From positions 3,808,001-3,872,000 of the forward strand of contig OZ250150.1 in assembly GCA_965237675.1 (NCBI GenBank): DNA of 64,000 bases, given 5' to 3'. Shown here in pieces: positions 1-9,485 of this stretch (positions within the stretch are counted from its first letter, which is position 1; every line of letters starts with the position of its first letter). The notes below the pieces were generated by a model. That model made no database searches, had not been told where the DNA came from, and was given only the letters and a program-made list of their open reading frames with translations. The translations under genes were made by a program, and so were the position numbers. The DNA comes from Candidatus Latescibacterota bacterium (GTDB lineage Bacteria; Latescibacterota; UBA2968; GCA-2709665).

Positions 1-176
1 GCAAGCCCCTTCTGGTGGGAATCTGTTTGTTGATCTCGTTTGTGTATTATGGGTGTATTCAGGCAGGGCGGGTGATGGGCTGGAATGGCATTCTGCCACC
101 GTTTTGGAGTTGCTGGGCGGCCAATCTCCTTTTCCTGAGTCTGGGCGTCGGCCTGCTGGCCCGAACCCGGAGGTAG
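1..176 (+). CDS. 3' end of LptF/LptG (YjgP/YjgQ) LPS export permease, partial
   Basis: Frame from nt 3 reads KPLLVGICLLISFVYYGCIQAGRVMGWNGILPPFWSCWAANLLFLSLGVGLLARTRR*, matching the 'G.lpP..aaW..N.lF...G..ll' C-terminal helices of LptF/G. Not in the ORF track. Confidence 0.75.
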   Translation, partial: KPLLVGICLLISFVYYGCIQAGRVMGWNGILPPFWSCWAANLLFLSLGVGLLARTRR

Positions 177-208
177 AGGATTCAAGCCACCGGGCGCACA
201 AAAACGAA

Positions 209-229
209 AGGCGCATTGTCGATGCGCCT
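209..229. terminator. Hairpin between convergent genes, probable terminator
   Basis: AGGCGCAT-TGTCG-ATGCGCCT flanked by A-rich and T-rich runs. Confidence 0.5.
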
Positions 230-258
230 ATTTACATGATTATGACGAAGACCATCCA

Positions 259-1233
259 TCAGTAACTCGAGAGCAGATTTCTACGAACCTTTGGGTTATG
301 GATAAACTTGCGAGGATTTACCGCAAGTTCCTTTTCGCCATTGATCTTCGTCACTGCATAATGCAGATGCGGCGCCGTTGCACGTCCGGATCTGCCCATT
401 CTGCCAATCACCTGCCCGCGTTTGACTTTCTGGCCCTTTTCGAGGGACGGTTTCTCCAACAAATGGGCGTACAGTGTCCGATAGTGTGGCGTGTGGTCGA
501 CGGCTATGAACCACCCGAGGTACCTGTCTCTGTCGACAGATTCCACCCGACCGTCAGCGGCGGCGAGTATCTTCGTACCGGACCGCCCCGCGATATCTAT
601 GCCTCTATGAAACTGCCTATCGCCGGAAAATGGATTGGTCCGAAAGCCGAAGCCCGAGGAAATCCAGCAACCGGTCTGAGGCGGTACGGGAAGAATGGAA
701 GGGGTATGCAGGCGGGCGACCTCGTTCTGGTTGAGGATGGTCGAAATATGCTCGAAACTGGCTTCCAGAAAACGGGCTTCTCGCAAGAGTTGGTCCAGGT
801 CCGTGTATGCTGTGGTAAGCCGTTCGCCCGTCTGGTGAGTCACACGGCCTTCCCATTCCGGCTCGCCCCTGTAAAGCCCACCCACGCCCATTTTCCGCAC
901 CTCGTCTCCCGGTTCGGCCAGGTTGACCCAGGTTCTGAACATACGGTCCATTTCCGTAAGGTCGTCCACGTTTTCCCGCAATCCATCTACCTTTTGCTGC
1001 AACCTGCCGACCTGGTGTTTGAGTACGGTGTTTTCAGACGACAAGGCCAGAAGCTTTGTTTCCTGATGGCGGTTTACAAAATACCCCAATGAATAAAAAA
1101 CGACGGCGAGGGCAAAACACGCGAACAGCAATACGGCCCCAAGTCCCCAGACGGTAGGGCTAGAGGCCCTGACTTGGCGCATCTGATCTTTATTGTGGGG
1201 TATGACCATCAACGTCAGGTTTCTCTTCCACAT
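259..1233 (-). CDS. M23 family metallopeptidase (N-terminal TM and coiled coil)
   Basis: SSGFGFRTNPF, HRGIDIA (HxxxD), YAHL, GRSGRATAPHLHY (HxH). Confidence 0.92.
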   Translation of the reverse strand: MWKRNLTLMVIPHNKDQMRQVRASSPTVWGLGAVLLFACFALAVVFYSLGYFVNRHQETKLLALSSENTVLKHQVGRLQQKVDGLRENVDDLTEMDRMFRTWVNLAEPGDEVRKMGVGGLYRGEPEWEGRVTHQTGERLTTAYTDLDQLLREARFLEASFEHISTILNQNEVARLHTPSILPVPPQTGCWISSGFGFRTNPFSGDRQFHRGIDIAGRSGTKILAAADGRVESVDRDRYLGWFIAVDHTPHYRTLYAHLLEKPSLEKGQKVKRGQVIGRMGRSGRATAPHLHYAVTKINGEKELAVNPRKFIHNPKVRRNLLSSY

Positions 1234-1570
1234 GACCGACGCCTTTCGTCAGTGGTTCTCTTGTTTAAAGATTGGCTGCACCTGACCTTTACCCGTCAGA
1301 GTCCCACAAATTAAGGTCTTTTTCGAGTTTGTGTCAAGTCAAAACTTGACCCATGTGTGTCAATCGGGAAACCGCACCCACGATTGCCTTTGTGGATCGA
1401 TGGTGCGTGCAGGTGTCCCCGGGCGGGTAGGCGCTTGTCGCGCTTTTCGGATGTTTTGTCGCCCTTAACGTTCGAAGGGATGCGGACTTCGGGGACGTTC
1501 AGGACAGCGGCCCACCCGCGGCACGACAACCCGACCGGCCCGTCGGTCCCTGGTAGGGCCCCCAAACCTC

Positions 1571-2920
1571 CTAAGCTGACTTGATGTGGTCAATGACCCT
1601 GGCCTTGAGCGCTTCTCTGAGAATCGGGTGGTCGACGCAGAAGACACGTACGACCTTGACCTGCGTCTCAAAATTGCCTATCAGGTACTCCTTGAGCATG
1701 GATACTTCCGGGTCATCGAACCGGAGAGGGTCGGCTTTGTCGACCGGGATGTGGGACCCGAAGTAAACATTCAGGTTTACTTCGGGGCTCTTCCCAAGGC
1801 GCGGAATATCGATCAGAATTTCGTCGCCGCAGAATTTGAGCCCGGTCTCTGCTTCGAATGTCTCGCACAATTCGATTTCGAGTTTTCGCCTGGCGGCTGG
1901 GTGGTAATATAGCTTTTCAAATTTGGGGGTCAGACCCTTTTCTCGCTCGTGGGGGAAGAAGATTCGGGCAACTTTGTGGAGTTTGCGCCGTTTCAGGCGC
2001 CCTATCATGCTGTTCCGCCGATCGATGCCCAGGCGATCCATCTCAAGTTCCAGGCGATGAATCAGGTCGGCTTCCGTCGCCCGGTTGAAGTCGTCTTCGC
2101 CGAGGCCGGAAGCGGGATGGTGAAGCAGATCCTGAACCCCCCGCTTGAACATCGCGTTTGCCGACCGAACGGCATGGTGCCAGTAGACGTTCCGATACAT
2201 CAGGTAACTGGTGAAAATCAGGGCTTCCACCGCCGAGACACCTTTATAGGTAATTGCGGGACGTTGGCCCTCCGGGTCGCACGTGATCGAGCCCAGCAGA
2301 CGGTCCCGGTTGACAGATTCGCCAAAAGGCACTCCGCAATAGCGCGCGTCTCTCAGCAGGTAATCGATTTTGTCGGGGTCGAGTGTGCCGCTCAGTATAT
2401 GCGCCAGGCGCAGGTCCCGATCTGATATGGCCACGTTTTTGTTGCGATAGTCGATGACGTTTGCTACCCTGAGCGGATCGGTCTCGGCCTGGATGAGGGC
2501 ACGGTTGACTTCAGTGGACGGATCTACGATAATCTGTCGGCCCCGTTCTTCGTGGTCCGCGAAAAACATCTGCATTTCTTCAAGGACATGGCAGAACGGG
2601 TAATGGCCAATGTCGTGCAGTAGGCTGGCCGCCAGAAGAACACGGGCATCCTCGATGGTAATGTCCAGCGGTGGTTCAGCCTTGAGTAGCTGCCGGAGAA
2701 ACTGTCCGGCAATGTGGAAGACGCCCAACGAATGTTCAAAACGGGAATGCCGCGCGCCGGGATAGACCAGGAGCACATGGCCTAGCTGGGAGATGTCCCG
2801 CAAACGCTGGAACTCCTCGGCGTCGACGAGCGGTACCAGATATTCGGGGATGTGAATGTGCCCCCAGATGGGATCGCGGATGACTTTGCCCGTGTCGAGA
2901 AACCGGAGGTCGATAGGCAT
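1571..2920 (-). CDS. HD-domain phosphohydrolase (dNTP triphosphohydrolase/YdhJ-like)
   Basis: IRDPIWGHI, FQRLRDISQLG, YPGARHSRFEHSLG, LLHDIGHYPF, DPDKIDYLLRD, MYRNVYWHH. Start moved to ATG 2920 because the longer ORF overlaps tetR. Confidence 0.88.
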   Translation of the reverse strand: MPIDLRFLDTGKVIRDPIWGHIHIPEYLVPLVDAEEFQRLRDISQLGHVLLVYPGARHSRFEHSLGVFHIAGQFLRQLLKAEPPLDITIEDARVLLAASLLHDIGHYPFCHVLEEMQMFFADHEERGRQIIVDPSTEVNRALIQAETDPLRVANVIDYRNKNVAISDRDLRLAHILSGTLDPDKIDYLLRDARYCGVPFGESVNRDRLLGSITCDPEGQRPAITYKGVSAVEALIFTSYLMYRNVYWHHAVRSANAMFKRGVQDLLHHPASGLGEDDFNRATEADLIHRLELEMDRLGIDRRNSMIGRLKRRKLHKVARIFFPHEREKGLTPKFEKLYYHPAARRKLEIELCETFEAETGLKFCGDEILIDIPRLGKSPEVNLNVYFGSHIPVDKADPLRFDDPEVSMLKEYLIGNFETQVKVVRVFCVDHPILREALKARVIDHIKSA

Positions 2921-3060
2921 GGAGTAATGCTCGGAGGGAAGCCGTTCAGGGGAAGGGGTCTGGTTCTTCGATGTCGACGCAGGCGTATCCGCTTCGGCCG
3001 AGGCGGTTGCTGCAGTGTCGTGCAAGAGAGAAACAGCGCGTAGAACGACGAACAGGTCGT

Positions 3061-3702
3061 CTATCGTTCCGGCGCCACGTCCGAAGGATGGTGTGGCAGG
3101 GTCAATGCCTCCATGAAGATCTGAACCAGATTGTCGATCATTCTTCGATCTTCGGACCGGCCGACGGTCTCGTGGCTGGCGATAAACCTGCTGATACAAT
3201 AGTGGAGCAGTGCCCAGAAAAAGGACCTCAAGGTCAGCTGCACGTCCACCTTTCTGTATCTTCCCTGGACGATACCCTCTTCAATGGCCCGTCGAATGGC
3301 TTTCATACGTGGTGATGTGTAAATGGCGAAGAATTTTTCCCGGAACTTATGGTCTTCGAGTGCGCTGTACATCATCAGACGGATAAACGTCGGATCCTTT
3401 CGATTGCGTTGAATATAGAAGCAGGCGAACTGACGCAGCAGGGTCTCAAGGTCGTCCGTCCGATTTGGGTTGTCTTCCTGTTCCCAAACCTTCAGCCGCC
3501 TGTCAACCGTGAAGTTGATAATGGCGTCATAGAGGTCTTCTTTGGTGGCGAAGTGCCGGAATATGATCGCCTCGGAGACGCCCGCGGCGCTGGCAATCGC
3601 ACGTGTCGTGGCGCCCTTAAAGCCCTTGGAGGCGAAATGGGCGATCGCGACGTTGATGATTTGGCGCCGCCGTTCTTCCTGCGAGAGTCGTTTTCTGGTC
3701 AT
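3061..3702 (-). CDS. TetR/AcrR family transcriptional regulator
   Basis: N-terminal HTH: FASKGFKGATTRAIASAAGVSEAIIFRHFATKEDLY. Confidence 0.93.
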   Translation of the reverse strand: MTRKRLSQEERRRQIINVAIAHFASKGFKGATTRAIASAAGVSEAIIFRHFATKEDLYDAIINFTVDRRLKVWEQEDNPNRTDDLETLLRQFACFYIQRNRKDPTFIRLMMYSALEDHKFREKFFAIYTSPRMKAIRRAIEEGIVQGRYRKVDVQLTLRSFFWALLHYCISRFIASHETVGRSEDRRMIDNLVQIFMEALTLPHHPSDVAPER

Positions 3703-3994
3703 AGTTGAATGGCAAACTCATGCATTTGCAATCAGGGGTTCAACCAGGTAATGTCAGATTTTGGCGACATGTATCGGCATGACACCGGCCTGTAACAACG
3801 CTCGCTCGGTGTCTGGTTGGTCTGAATATCGGTATCGTAGGCACGGATGTCAAGTCCCATGCCCCGGAAAAGGGATGGAGTGCCGTGAGCCAGACGAACA
3901 CACAAGATCGAGAATAGGTACGTACCGTGGATCTTGATAAGGCGTGGCTGCACACTGCCGTTGACGCAACCCACAGGGCATTACACACCCGAAT

Positions 3995-4747
3995 GTGCCG
4001 GCGACCGACCTGGTTTCGGAGAGCGTGCCTATGAGTTTTCTCAAGGCGTGGTGGGACAGCCCGGAGCGTCAGGTGCGGGTCGCCGTGGTAACCGAAATGT
4101 CCAGGGTGCTGGACGGCACCTTCGGGGGCGCGGCGTGGGACCTGCGGCGTACCTGGCCGGATGGCCTTGATGCGCTGATGCGTACCATCCTGTCGCAGAA
4201 TACAACGGATGGCAATCGGGACCGGGCTTACGACAGGATGCGAGCGCGTTTTCCGGAATGGGAGGACGTGCTGGCAGCGGACGAGACGGACCTGAAGGAC
4301 GTCATTCGAGTGGCAGGATTGGCGAATACAAAAGCCCCGAATATGCAGGCGTTTCTACGATGGTTGAAGGGCGAACGCGGGATCTTGAATTTGGATTTCT
4401 TGCGGGATCTGCCGAATCCGGCGGCTGTGGCGCTGCTGACCGCTCATCGGGGTATCGGTATCAAAACGGCCTATATCGTGCTGGCCTTCGCATTTGACCG
4501 GGATCTGTGCGCGGTGGACACGCACGTGTACCGCATTCTTCGCCGGGTGGGGATTGTCTCCGCGCGATGCAGCCGAGAAAAAGCACATACTGAACTTGCG
4601 CCTTTGATTCCAGGGGGTCAGGCCAGGCCCTTTCATATGAACCTGGTTGATTTTGGCAAGACAGTGTGCGTGGCGAGAAATCCTTCCTGTGGGGTCTGTC
4701 CGATTTCCCACCTGTGCAGGTACTATTGTGAAACCCGCAGTGGATAA
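3995..4747 (+). CDS. Endonuclease III-like HhH-GPD DNA glycosylase with 4Fe-4S motif
   Basis: ILSQNTTD, HhH GIGIKTA, AVDTHV, C-terminal CVARNPSCGVCPISHLC. Start uncertain (GTG 3995 or ATG 4031). Confidence 0.88.
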   Translation: MPATDLVSESVPMSFLKAWWDSPERQVRVAVVTEMSRVLDGTFGGAAWDLRRTWPDGLDALMRTILSQNTTDGNRDRAYDRMRARFPEWEDVLAADETDLKDVIRVAGLANTKAPNMQAFLRWLKGERGILNLDFLRDLPNPAAVALLTAHRGIGIKTAYIVLAFAFDRDLCAVDTHVYRILRRVGIVSARCSREKAHTELAPLIPGGQARPFHMNLVDFGKTVCVARNPSCGVCPISHLCRYYCETRSG

Positions 4748-4818
4748 GTTTCAGATGGCTCCGCGCCGGAACCTCCCACGGCTTCCCGTGTCCTCTGCAG
4801 ACCATCCGCGCGTACGTC

Positions 4819-5895
4819 TCAGTCGATCCTGATTCGCTGAAGATCGAACGAGTTAACATTGTAGGGTTCGAAGGTGTCTTCGTCGCCGAGCGTAAAGACC
4901 GCGATATACAGGTATTGGTCGTTTTGGTCGATGACGATGCCGCGTTCCCTGAGGTTGCCCGCCGCATGGTAGTAGCGCTTCTCCAGTTTGGTCCGGGTAT
5001 CGAATTCTACGATAAAAACGCCGGCTCTGTCCGCGTCCGTCGGCGCGACGAACAGGCGACTGCCATCGTGGCTCGCGGCAAGCCCTAAAGCCGGAGATTT
5101 GATTTCGTATTTGCCCGTTAGCGTCAGATTGTCGGCGCTGAATGCCCAGAGATCCTTTATGTGGCCTCGGTCCTGAGGATCCGACAGACCCAGGTAGAGC
5201 TGGTCCCTGAGAGGGCTCATAACAAAGTCGTTTATCGTGGCTGAGAAACTGAAACGGGACGAGGTGGTTTCGTTCGTGGGGAAATGACCTGAGGCGTCGT
5301 ATTTCAGGACGTTGTTCCTGGCGGCAACAAAGAGCTTGCGTTCGCCGTGATCCATGAGAAGTGCGCCCGAGCGCACGTTCCCGCCGGTCTCAAGGTTGTC
5401 CACAATGGATACGGCGATCAGCAGGGGTTCGTCGAGGGAGGATACGTAGACAATGGAGTCGGTTCCGCAGGCGACGTGGGATATATTGTTCAGTGAGATG
5501 GGAACTGTTTTCACAATGGCGAACGTACTCAGTTCGATAACTTTCAGGTTCGATTCACCGTTCAACCCCACCACCAGATGGCGCTGATTAGGTGTGATGT
5601 CCAGGTCGACCGGGTGGGAACCCACCTGGAGGTTCCCGTCGATGGCCATCTGCTCGCCAAGGCGGATGCGGAGAATCCGGTTGTTTCCATAGTCGGCCAG
5701 ATAAAGATATGGCTGGTTCGGATCCACGACCATATCCGAGATGTTCACACCGAGTTCCAGGATTTCGAAATCGCTGAATTCATAGAAATGATCCGGCTCG
5801 TCGTCGTCCAGATAAAGCGAGCAGCCCAACACACAAAAGAGCATGCCCACGGCATAGAAAACGAACCGGCCGTGTGTTCTTCCTGTCTGACGCAT
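4819..5895 (-). CDS. YncE/YVTN-like beta-propeller lipoprotein
   Basis: Lipobox VLGC; repeated blades (VGSHPVDLDITPNQRHLVV, GLAASHDGSRLFVA, GIVIDQNDQYLYIA); starts 10 nt after the upstream barrel gene. Confidence 0.75.
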   Translation of the reverse strand: MRQTGRTHGRFVFYAVGMLFCVLGCSLYLDDDEPDHFYEFSDFEILELGVNISDMVVDPNQPYLYLADYGNNRILRIRLGEQMAIDGNLQVGSHPVDLDITPNQRHLVVGLNGESNLKVIELSTFAIVKTVPISLNNISHVACGTDSIVYVSSLDEPLLIAVSIVDNLETGGNVRSGALLMDHGERKLFVAARNNVLKYDASGHFPTNETTSSRFSFSATINDFVMSPLRDQLYLGLSDPQDRGHIKDLWAFSADNLTLTGKYEIKSPALGLAASHDGSRLFVAPTDADRAGVFIVEFDTRTKLEKRYYHAAGNLRERGIVIDQNDQYLYIAVFTLGDEDTFEPYNVNSFDLQRIRID

Positions 5896-5905
5896 GCCGG
5901 ATCGC

Positions 5906-6877
5906 CTAAAGCGAGATGATGTAAGACGTGCTCAGCTCAATCAGATAATCTGACGTCAGCTGACTCTCGTTCACGTCTTGAAACAGGACGATGGGCATAC
6001 GGAATTCTACGCTTAGGTTATCCAGGATGCTGACCCCCAATTCAGGCGAAAGATACAACCACTTCCCTCCCCGTTCTCTTGTAATCTGACCGAACTGGTA
6101 GCGGTCCCGTGAGGTGATCAGATTTTTCAGACTCAGCCCGCCGTAGAACCGTCCTTCGCCAGTGTACTCTGTGGAGAGGGTGGCGTGCAGTTCGTTTCCA
6201 TATTTGTAGCCGTAAATGTTCTGTCTGGTGGTAATGCGCGTGAAGACGCCGCCCGAAACCGTCAGGTTCTCTAGACGATGGAATACGTTGAAAGCGAGGA
6301 TCGGGTCAACGCTGCCCGAACCGATCTGCAGATTGTCCGAGAAACGCTCCCCGTACAGGTCTTTCGCATTTGCCGATCCGTTTGCAAGCTTCAATCCGAT
6401 GCCGAGATTCAGGCCCGGGAAGCCCGCTGAGAGCGGTGCCGCGTAATTCAACATAACGACAATATCGCCCAGCCCGGACGCGTGTCGAATATATTTCCCG
6501 CCCGCATACTGGTTGTGGTTCTGGCCGCGCAACAACACCTTCTCGTTGGCTACTGAACGAAAGGGTAGGGCAAGCGTCAGTCCGATGCGTTCGGTAACGC
6601 CGTGCGAGGCAAATACGGTGGTGGTGGCGTTATCCGTTCGCTCACGATTCACGTTCGGTATAGCCCGGGTACCGTAATGAGGATCGGATAGGAATTCGTA
6701 ATCGTAGTGTACGCTCAGGGTCAGTTGATCCTTTTCGGCCGGATCATTCCTCATCAAGCTCCCGCCCGGGAGCACTGGACGCCGTCAGCTGACGCCGCCC
6801 TGGGCATGGGCGGCGGGCACCATGAATGTTGGCACGACAAGAAACAGGCACATAAAAAAAACTGAAAACGGCCGCAT
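5906..6877 (-). CDS. Outer-membrane beta-barrel 'transporter' (COG4313/Phenol_MetA-like), candidate selenoprotein with in-frame UGA at codon 31
   Basis: GAGGA RBS 8 nt before ATG 6877; signal peptide MRPFSVFFMCLFLVVPTFMVPAAHA, then QGGVS-UGA(6785-6787)-RRPVLPGG in frame with ORF 5906..6775; family motifs SGLGDI, GLKLANG, QIGSGSVD, YKYGN, LYLSPELG; alternating C-terminal strand. Confidence 0.75.
6752..6781 (-). promoter_or_regulatory. Candidate bacterial SECIS hairpin
   Basis: mRNA after UGA: CGG-CGUC-C-AG-U-GCUCCC-GGGC-GGGAGC-UU-GAUG. The 6-bp upper stem starts exactly 11 nt after UGA, has a G-leading tetraloop and a bulged U below it. Confidence 0.7.
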
Positions 6878-6940
6878 GCAGGGGTTCCTCGATCAGTTAA
6901 GGTGTGAATGTGAGGCTTCAGCCTTTATTTCTTGCGTTGA

Positions 6941-6969
6941 AATATACCTCACGCGCGTCTGGATAGCAA
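6941..6969 (-). promoter_or_regulatory. Sigma70-type promoter for the barrel/propeller operon
   Basis: TTGCTA-N17-TATATT on the minus strand. Confidence 0.5.
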
Positions 6970-7047
6970 GGCGGATTTTGTTTCGCGAGGCCACATAGAG
7001 CCCAAATTTACAGATCTTTACATAACCCCCAGCCATGCCGTTTTTAC

Positions 7048-7076
7048 TTGACACCACCGGGAGATTGGGCTATCTT
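7048..7076 (+). promoter_or_regulatory. Sigma70 promoter for tRNA-Arg/His
   Basis: TTGACA-N17-TATCTT. Confidence 0.7.
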
Positions 7077-7120
7077 TAGCGGTCGGTTTCCAATAGATGG
7101 CTTTGCGCGCAGGACTTGAA

Positions 7121-7194
<74 letters not shown>

Positions 7195-7209
7195 TTATGT
7201 TACAGCAGT

Positions 7210-7287
7210 GGTGGGTGTAGCTCAGATGGTTAGAGCGCCTGGTTGTGGCCCAGGAGGTCGGGGGTTCAAGTCCCCTCACTCACCCCA
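7210..7287 (+). tRNA. tRNA-His (GTG)
   Basis: G-1 plus GTGGGTG/CACTCAC acceptor stem, anticodon TT-GTG-GC, GGTTCAAGTCC, encoded CCA. Confidence 0.95.
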
Positions 7288-7366
7288 ATCTCTCTTCTGC
7301 TATCCCTTGCCTTTGGCTCTCGATGGAATATGGGGCCAAAGGCTTTTTTGGCATCTATGATTTCCT

Positions 7367-8728
7367 ATGTTTCCGGTTGAACGTTTTCGAAAAGCGCCCT
7401 CGCGGGCCATGATTATTGGCTTGGATGGAACCCCCTGTAGCCTGATAAAACGCCTTGTTTCCGAGGGCAGGATGCCTAATTTCGCCGCCTTGCTGGGTAA
7501 TGGAACCCTGGCGCGAATGGAGTCGGTCTTGCCTACCGTATCGTCGGTCGCCTGGGCGTCTCTGGTAACCGGGTGTAATCCCGGCAAGCATAATATCTAT
7601 GGTTTCATCGATCGTGTACCGAAGACTCATGAAATGTACATTCCTACGTCCAGAACGATGCGCGCCAGAACCTGGACGGAGATTTTCAGCGATATGGGCA
7701 GGCGTGTCTTTTCGATGGGTGTGCCGACAACTTACCCTCCAAGTGCGGTAAACGGCATTCTTATTTCCGGATTTCTGGCACCGGATCTGAATCGGGGAAC
7801 CTATCCCGCCGGGGTAGCGCGTCAGCTGGCTTCAATGGGGTACCGGATTGACATCGACGCATGGCAGGCCCGTCGGGATCGGGAGCGGTTTCTGGACGAT
7901 GTCTTCCAGGCCATGGAGCGGCGGTTCGACGCCATGTTCCATTATCTGAATCAGGAACCCTGGGACCTGTTTGTTGCCCACGTGATAGAAACGGACCGGC
8001 TTCACCATTTTTTGTGGGGGCTGGTTGAAGACGGCAGCGAGGTGTATCTGCCGTGGTTCCACAGGTTTTATGCTCGGGTGGACCGTGCCATCGGCGAGGT
8101 GGCGGACCGGCTTGACGACGACGTCCTGCTGATGATTATATCAGACCATGGATTCTGCAAGTTGAAGTTTGAGGTGCATCTGAATTACTGGTTGCGCCAG
8201 GCTGGTTTTCTGCGTTTTCTGGGCAGAACGGCCAAAGGGCTTCGCGACCTGGCGCCGGATACACGATGTTATTCGCTCTTGCCCGGGCGTCTATATCTCT
8301 GTTTGCGAGGGCGGGAACGCGGGGGTTGTGTGGAGCCCGGTGCGGAATATGAGGCACTGAGACAGGATATCGCCAACGGGCTGATGGAAATCCGAAATCC
8401 GGTCACGGGTGAACCGGTGATCCAGAGGGTGTTCATGCGCGAGGAACTCTATTCTGGCGATGCTTTTGAATTGGCGCCTGACCTGGTGGCCATGCCGGCG
8501 GAGGGGTACGATTTGAAGGGTGGTTTCGATAAGGAAGAACTGATGGAGCGGGGGCCTGTCAATGGCACTCATACCTTCGCAGATGCGATGTTTTTTATCA
8601 ATTGCAGGGCGGGATTAACACAAGAGATTCGACTGATCGACGTCTTTCCTACGCTCTTCGATGCCGTCGGACTGGATATTCCCGGTGGTGTCGACGGTCG
8701 TTCTGTCGTTACAGGACAACTGAGCTGA
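7367..8728 (+). CDS. Alkaline-phosphatase superfamily nucleotide pyrophosphatase/phosphodiesterase
   Basis: IIGLDG, PTVSSVAWASLVTGCNPGKH, ETDRLHH, ISDHG, C-terminal GTH...DVFPT. Confidence 0.88.
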   Translation: MFPVERFRKAPSRAMIIGLDGTPCSLIKRLVSEGRMPNFAALLGNGTLARMESVLPTVSSVAWASLVTGCNPGKHNIYGFIDRVPKTHEMYIPTSRTMRARTWTEIFSDMGRRVFSMGVPTTYPPSAVNGILISGFLAPDLNRGTYPAGVARQLASMGYRIDIDAWQARRDRERFLDDVFQAMERRFDAMFHYLNQEPWDLFVAHVIETDRLHHFLWGLVEDGSEVYLPWFHRFYARVDRAIGEVADRLDDDVLLMIISDHGFCKLKFEVHLNYWLRQAGFLRFLGRTAKGLRDLAPDTRCYSLLPGRLYLCLRGRERGGCVEPGAEYEALRQDIANGLMEIRNPVTGEPVIQRVFMREELYSGDAFELAPDLVAMPAEGYDLKGGFDKEELMERGPVNGTHTFADAMFFINCRAGLTQEIRLIDVFPTLFDAVGLDIPGGVDGRSVVTGQLS

Positions 8729-8810
8729 AGCCTGCCGGGAAACCCCGACGGCGCGCGGGGTGAGGCGAATGCTTGAGTGAGTCGCCGAGTTGACTTTACA
8801 AGGAGGCGTT

Positions 8811-9410
8811 TTGACGAAATCGTTTCTTATTGTGCTTGCAATGGGTGTCTCGGCGGCGGTCGCGCACTCCGAACGTGGCCACGTGCTGGACACAAGCGAT
8901 GAGAACATGGAGCGCATTGCCAAGTCGCTGGGGGTGCGGTGTACCCACTGTCATGTTGCACGCAGACCGGATGGTAAACCCGATTTCGAGGCGCCTTCCC
9001 TGTTCAAGCAAACAGCCGTCCATATGAAGGTTCACTTTGTGGATGGGCTGAAAACCGCGGAAGGGAAGGTCCTGGACTGCATGTTCTGCCACCAGGGCCG
9101 GGCCCGGTTCATTCCGCGGGATCTTAACGACGCCAGGCCGTCCAACCTGTCAGAACGTCTGCCCAGGCGGGAGATTTCTCAGAAGATGAAAGCCATAGAG
9201 AAGGCGCTGGGAGTGAACTGCGACTTCTGCCACATTCGACGCGAAGACGGACGGCTTGCGCCCGAGCAGCCGACCAAACACAAGCTGATGGCCAAATATA
9301 TGATGGAGCACTACGAGGGTTCGTTGCTCACGTCGGATGGGTCGCCGGCCACCTGTGCAACCTGCCACATGGGTGAGTCGGAGTTTTTGCCCCGTTCGAC
9401 CGGCGATTGA
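8811..9410 (+). CDS. Tetraheme cytochrome c, tandem repeat of a PufC-like diheme module
   Basis: AGGAGG RBS before TTG 8811; signal peptide; four CxxCH (CTHCH, CMFCH, CDFCH, CATCH); two 'M..I...LGV.C..CH' repeats. Confidence 0.85.
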   Translation: MTKSFLIVLAMGVSAAVAHSERGHVLDTSDENMERIAKSLGVRCTHCHVARRPDGKPDFEAPSLFKQTAVHMKVHFVDGLKTAEGKVLDCMFCHQGRARFIPRDLNDARPSNLSERLPRREISQKMKAIEKALGVNCDFCHIRREDGRLAPEQPTKHKLMAKYMMEHYEGSLLTSDGSPATCATCHMGESEFLPRSTGD

Positions 9411-9428
9411 AGGTTTAAGGTCGGCATC

Positions 9429-9476
9429 GAAACGAAGAAGGGCCGGACGGCTTGCCGTCCGGCCCTTCTTCGTTTC
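9429..9476. terminator. Bidirectional terminator, perfect 22-bp inverted repeat
   Basis: GAAACGAAGAAGGGCCGGACGG-CTTG-CCGTCCGGCCCTTCTTCGTTTC between convergent genes. Confidence 0.85.
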
Positions 9477-9485
9477 ACCGGGTGC

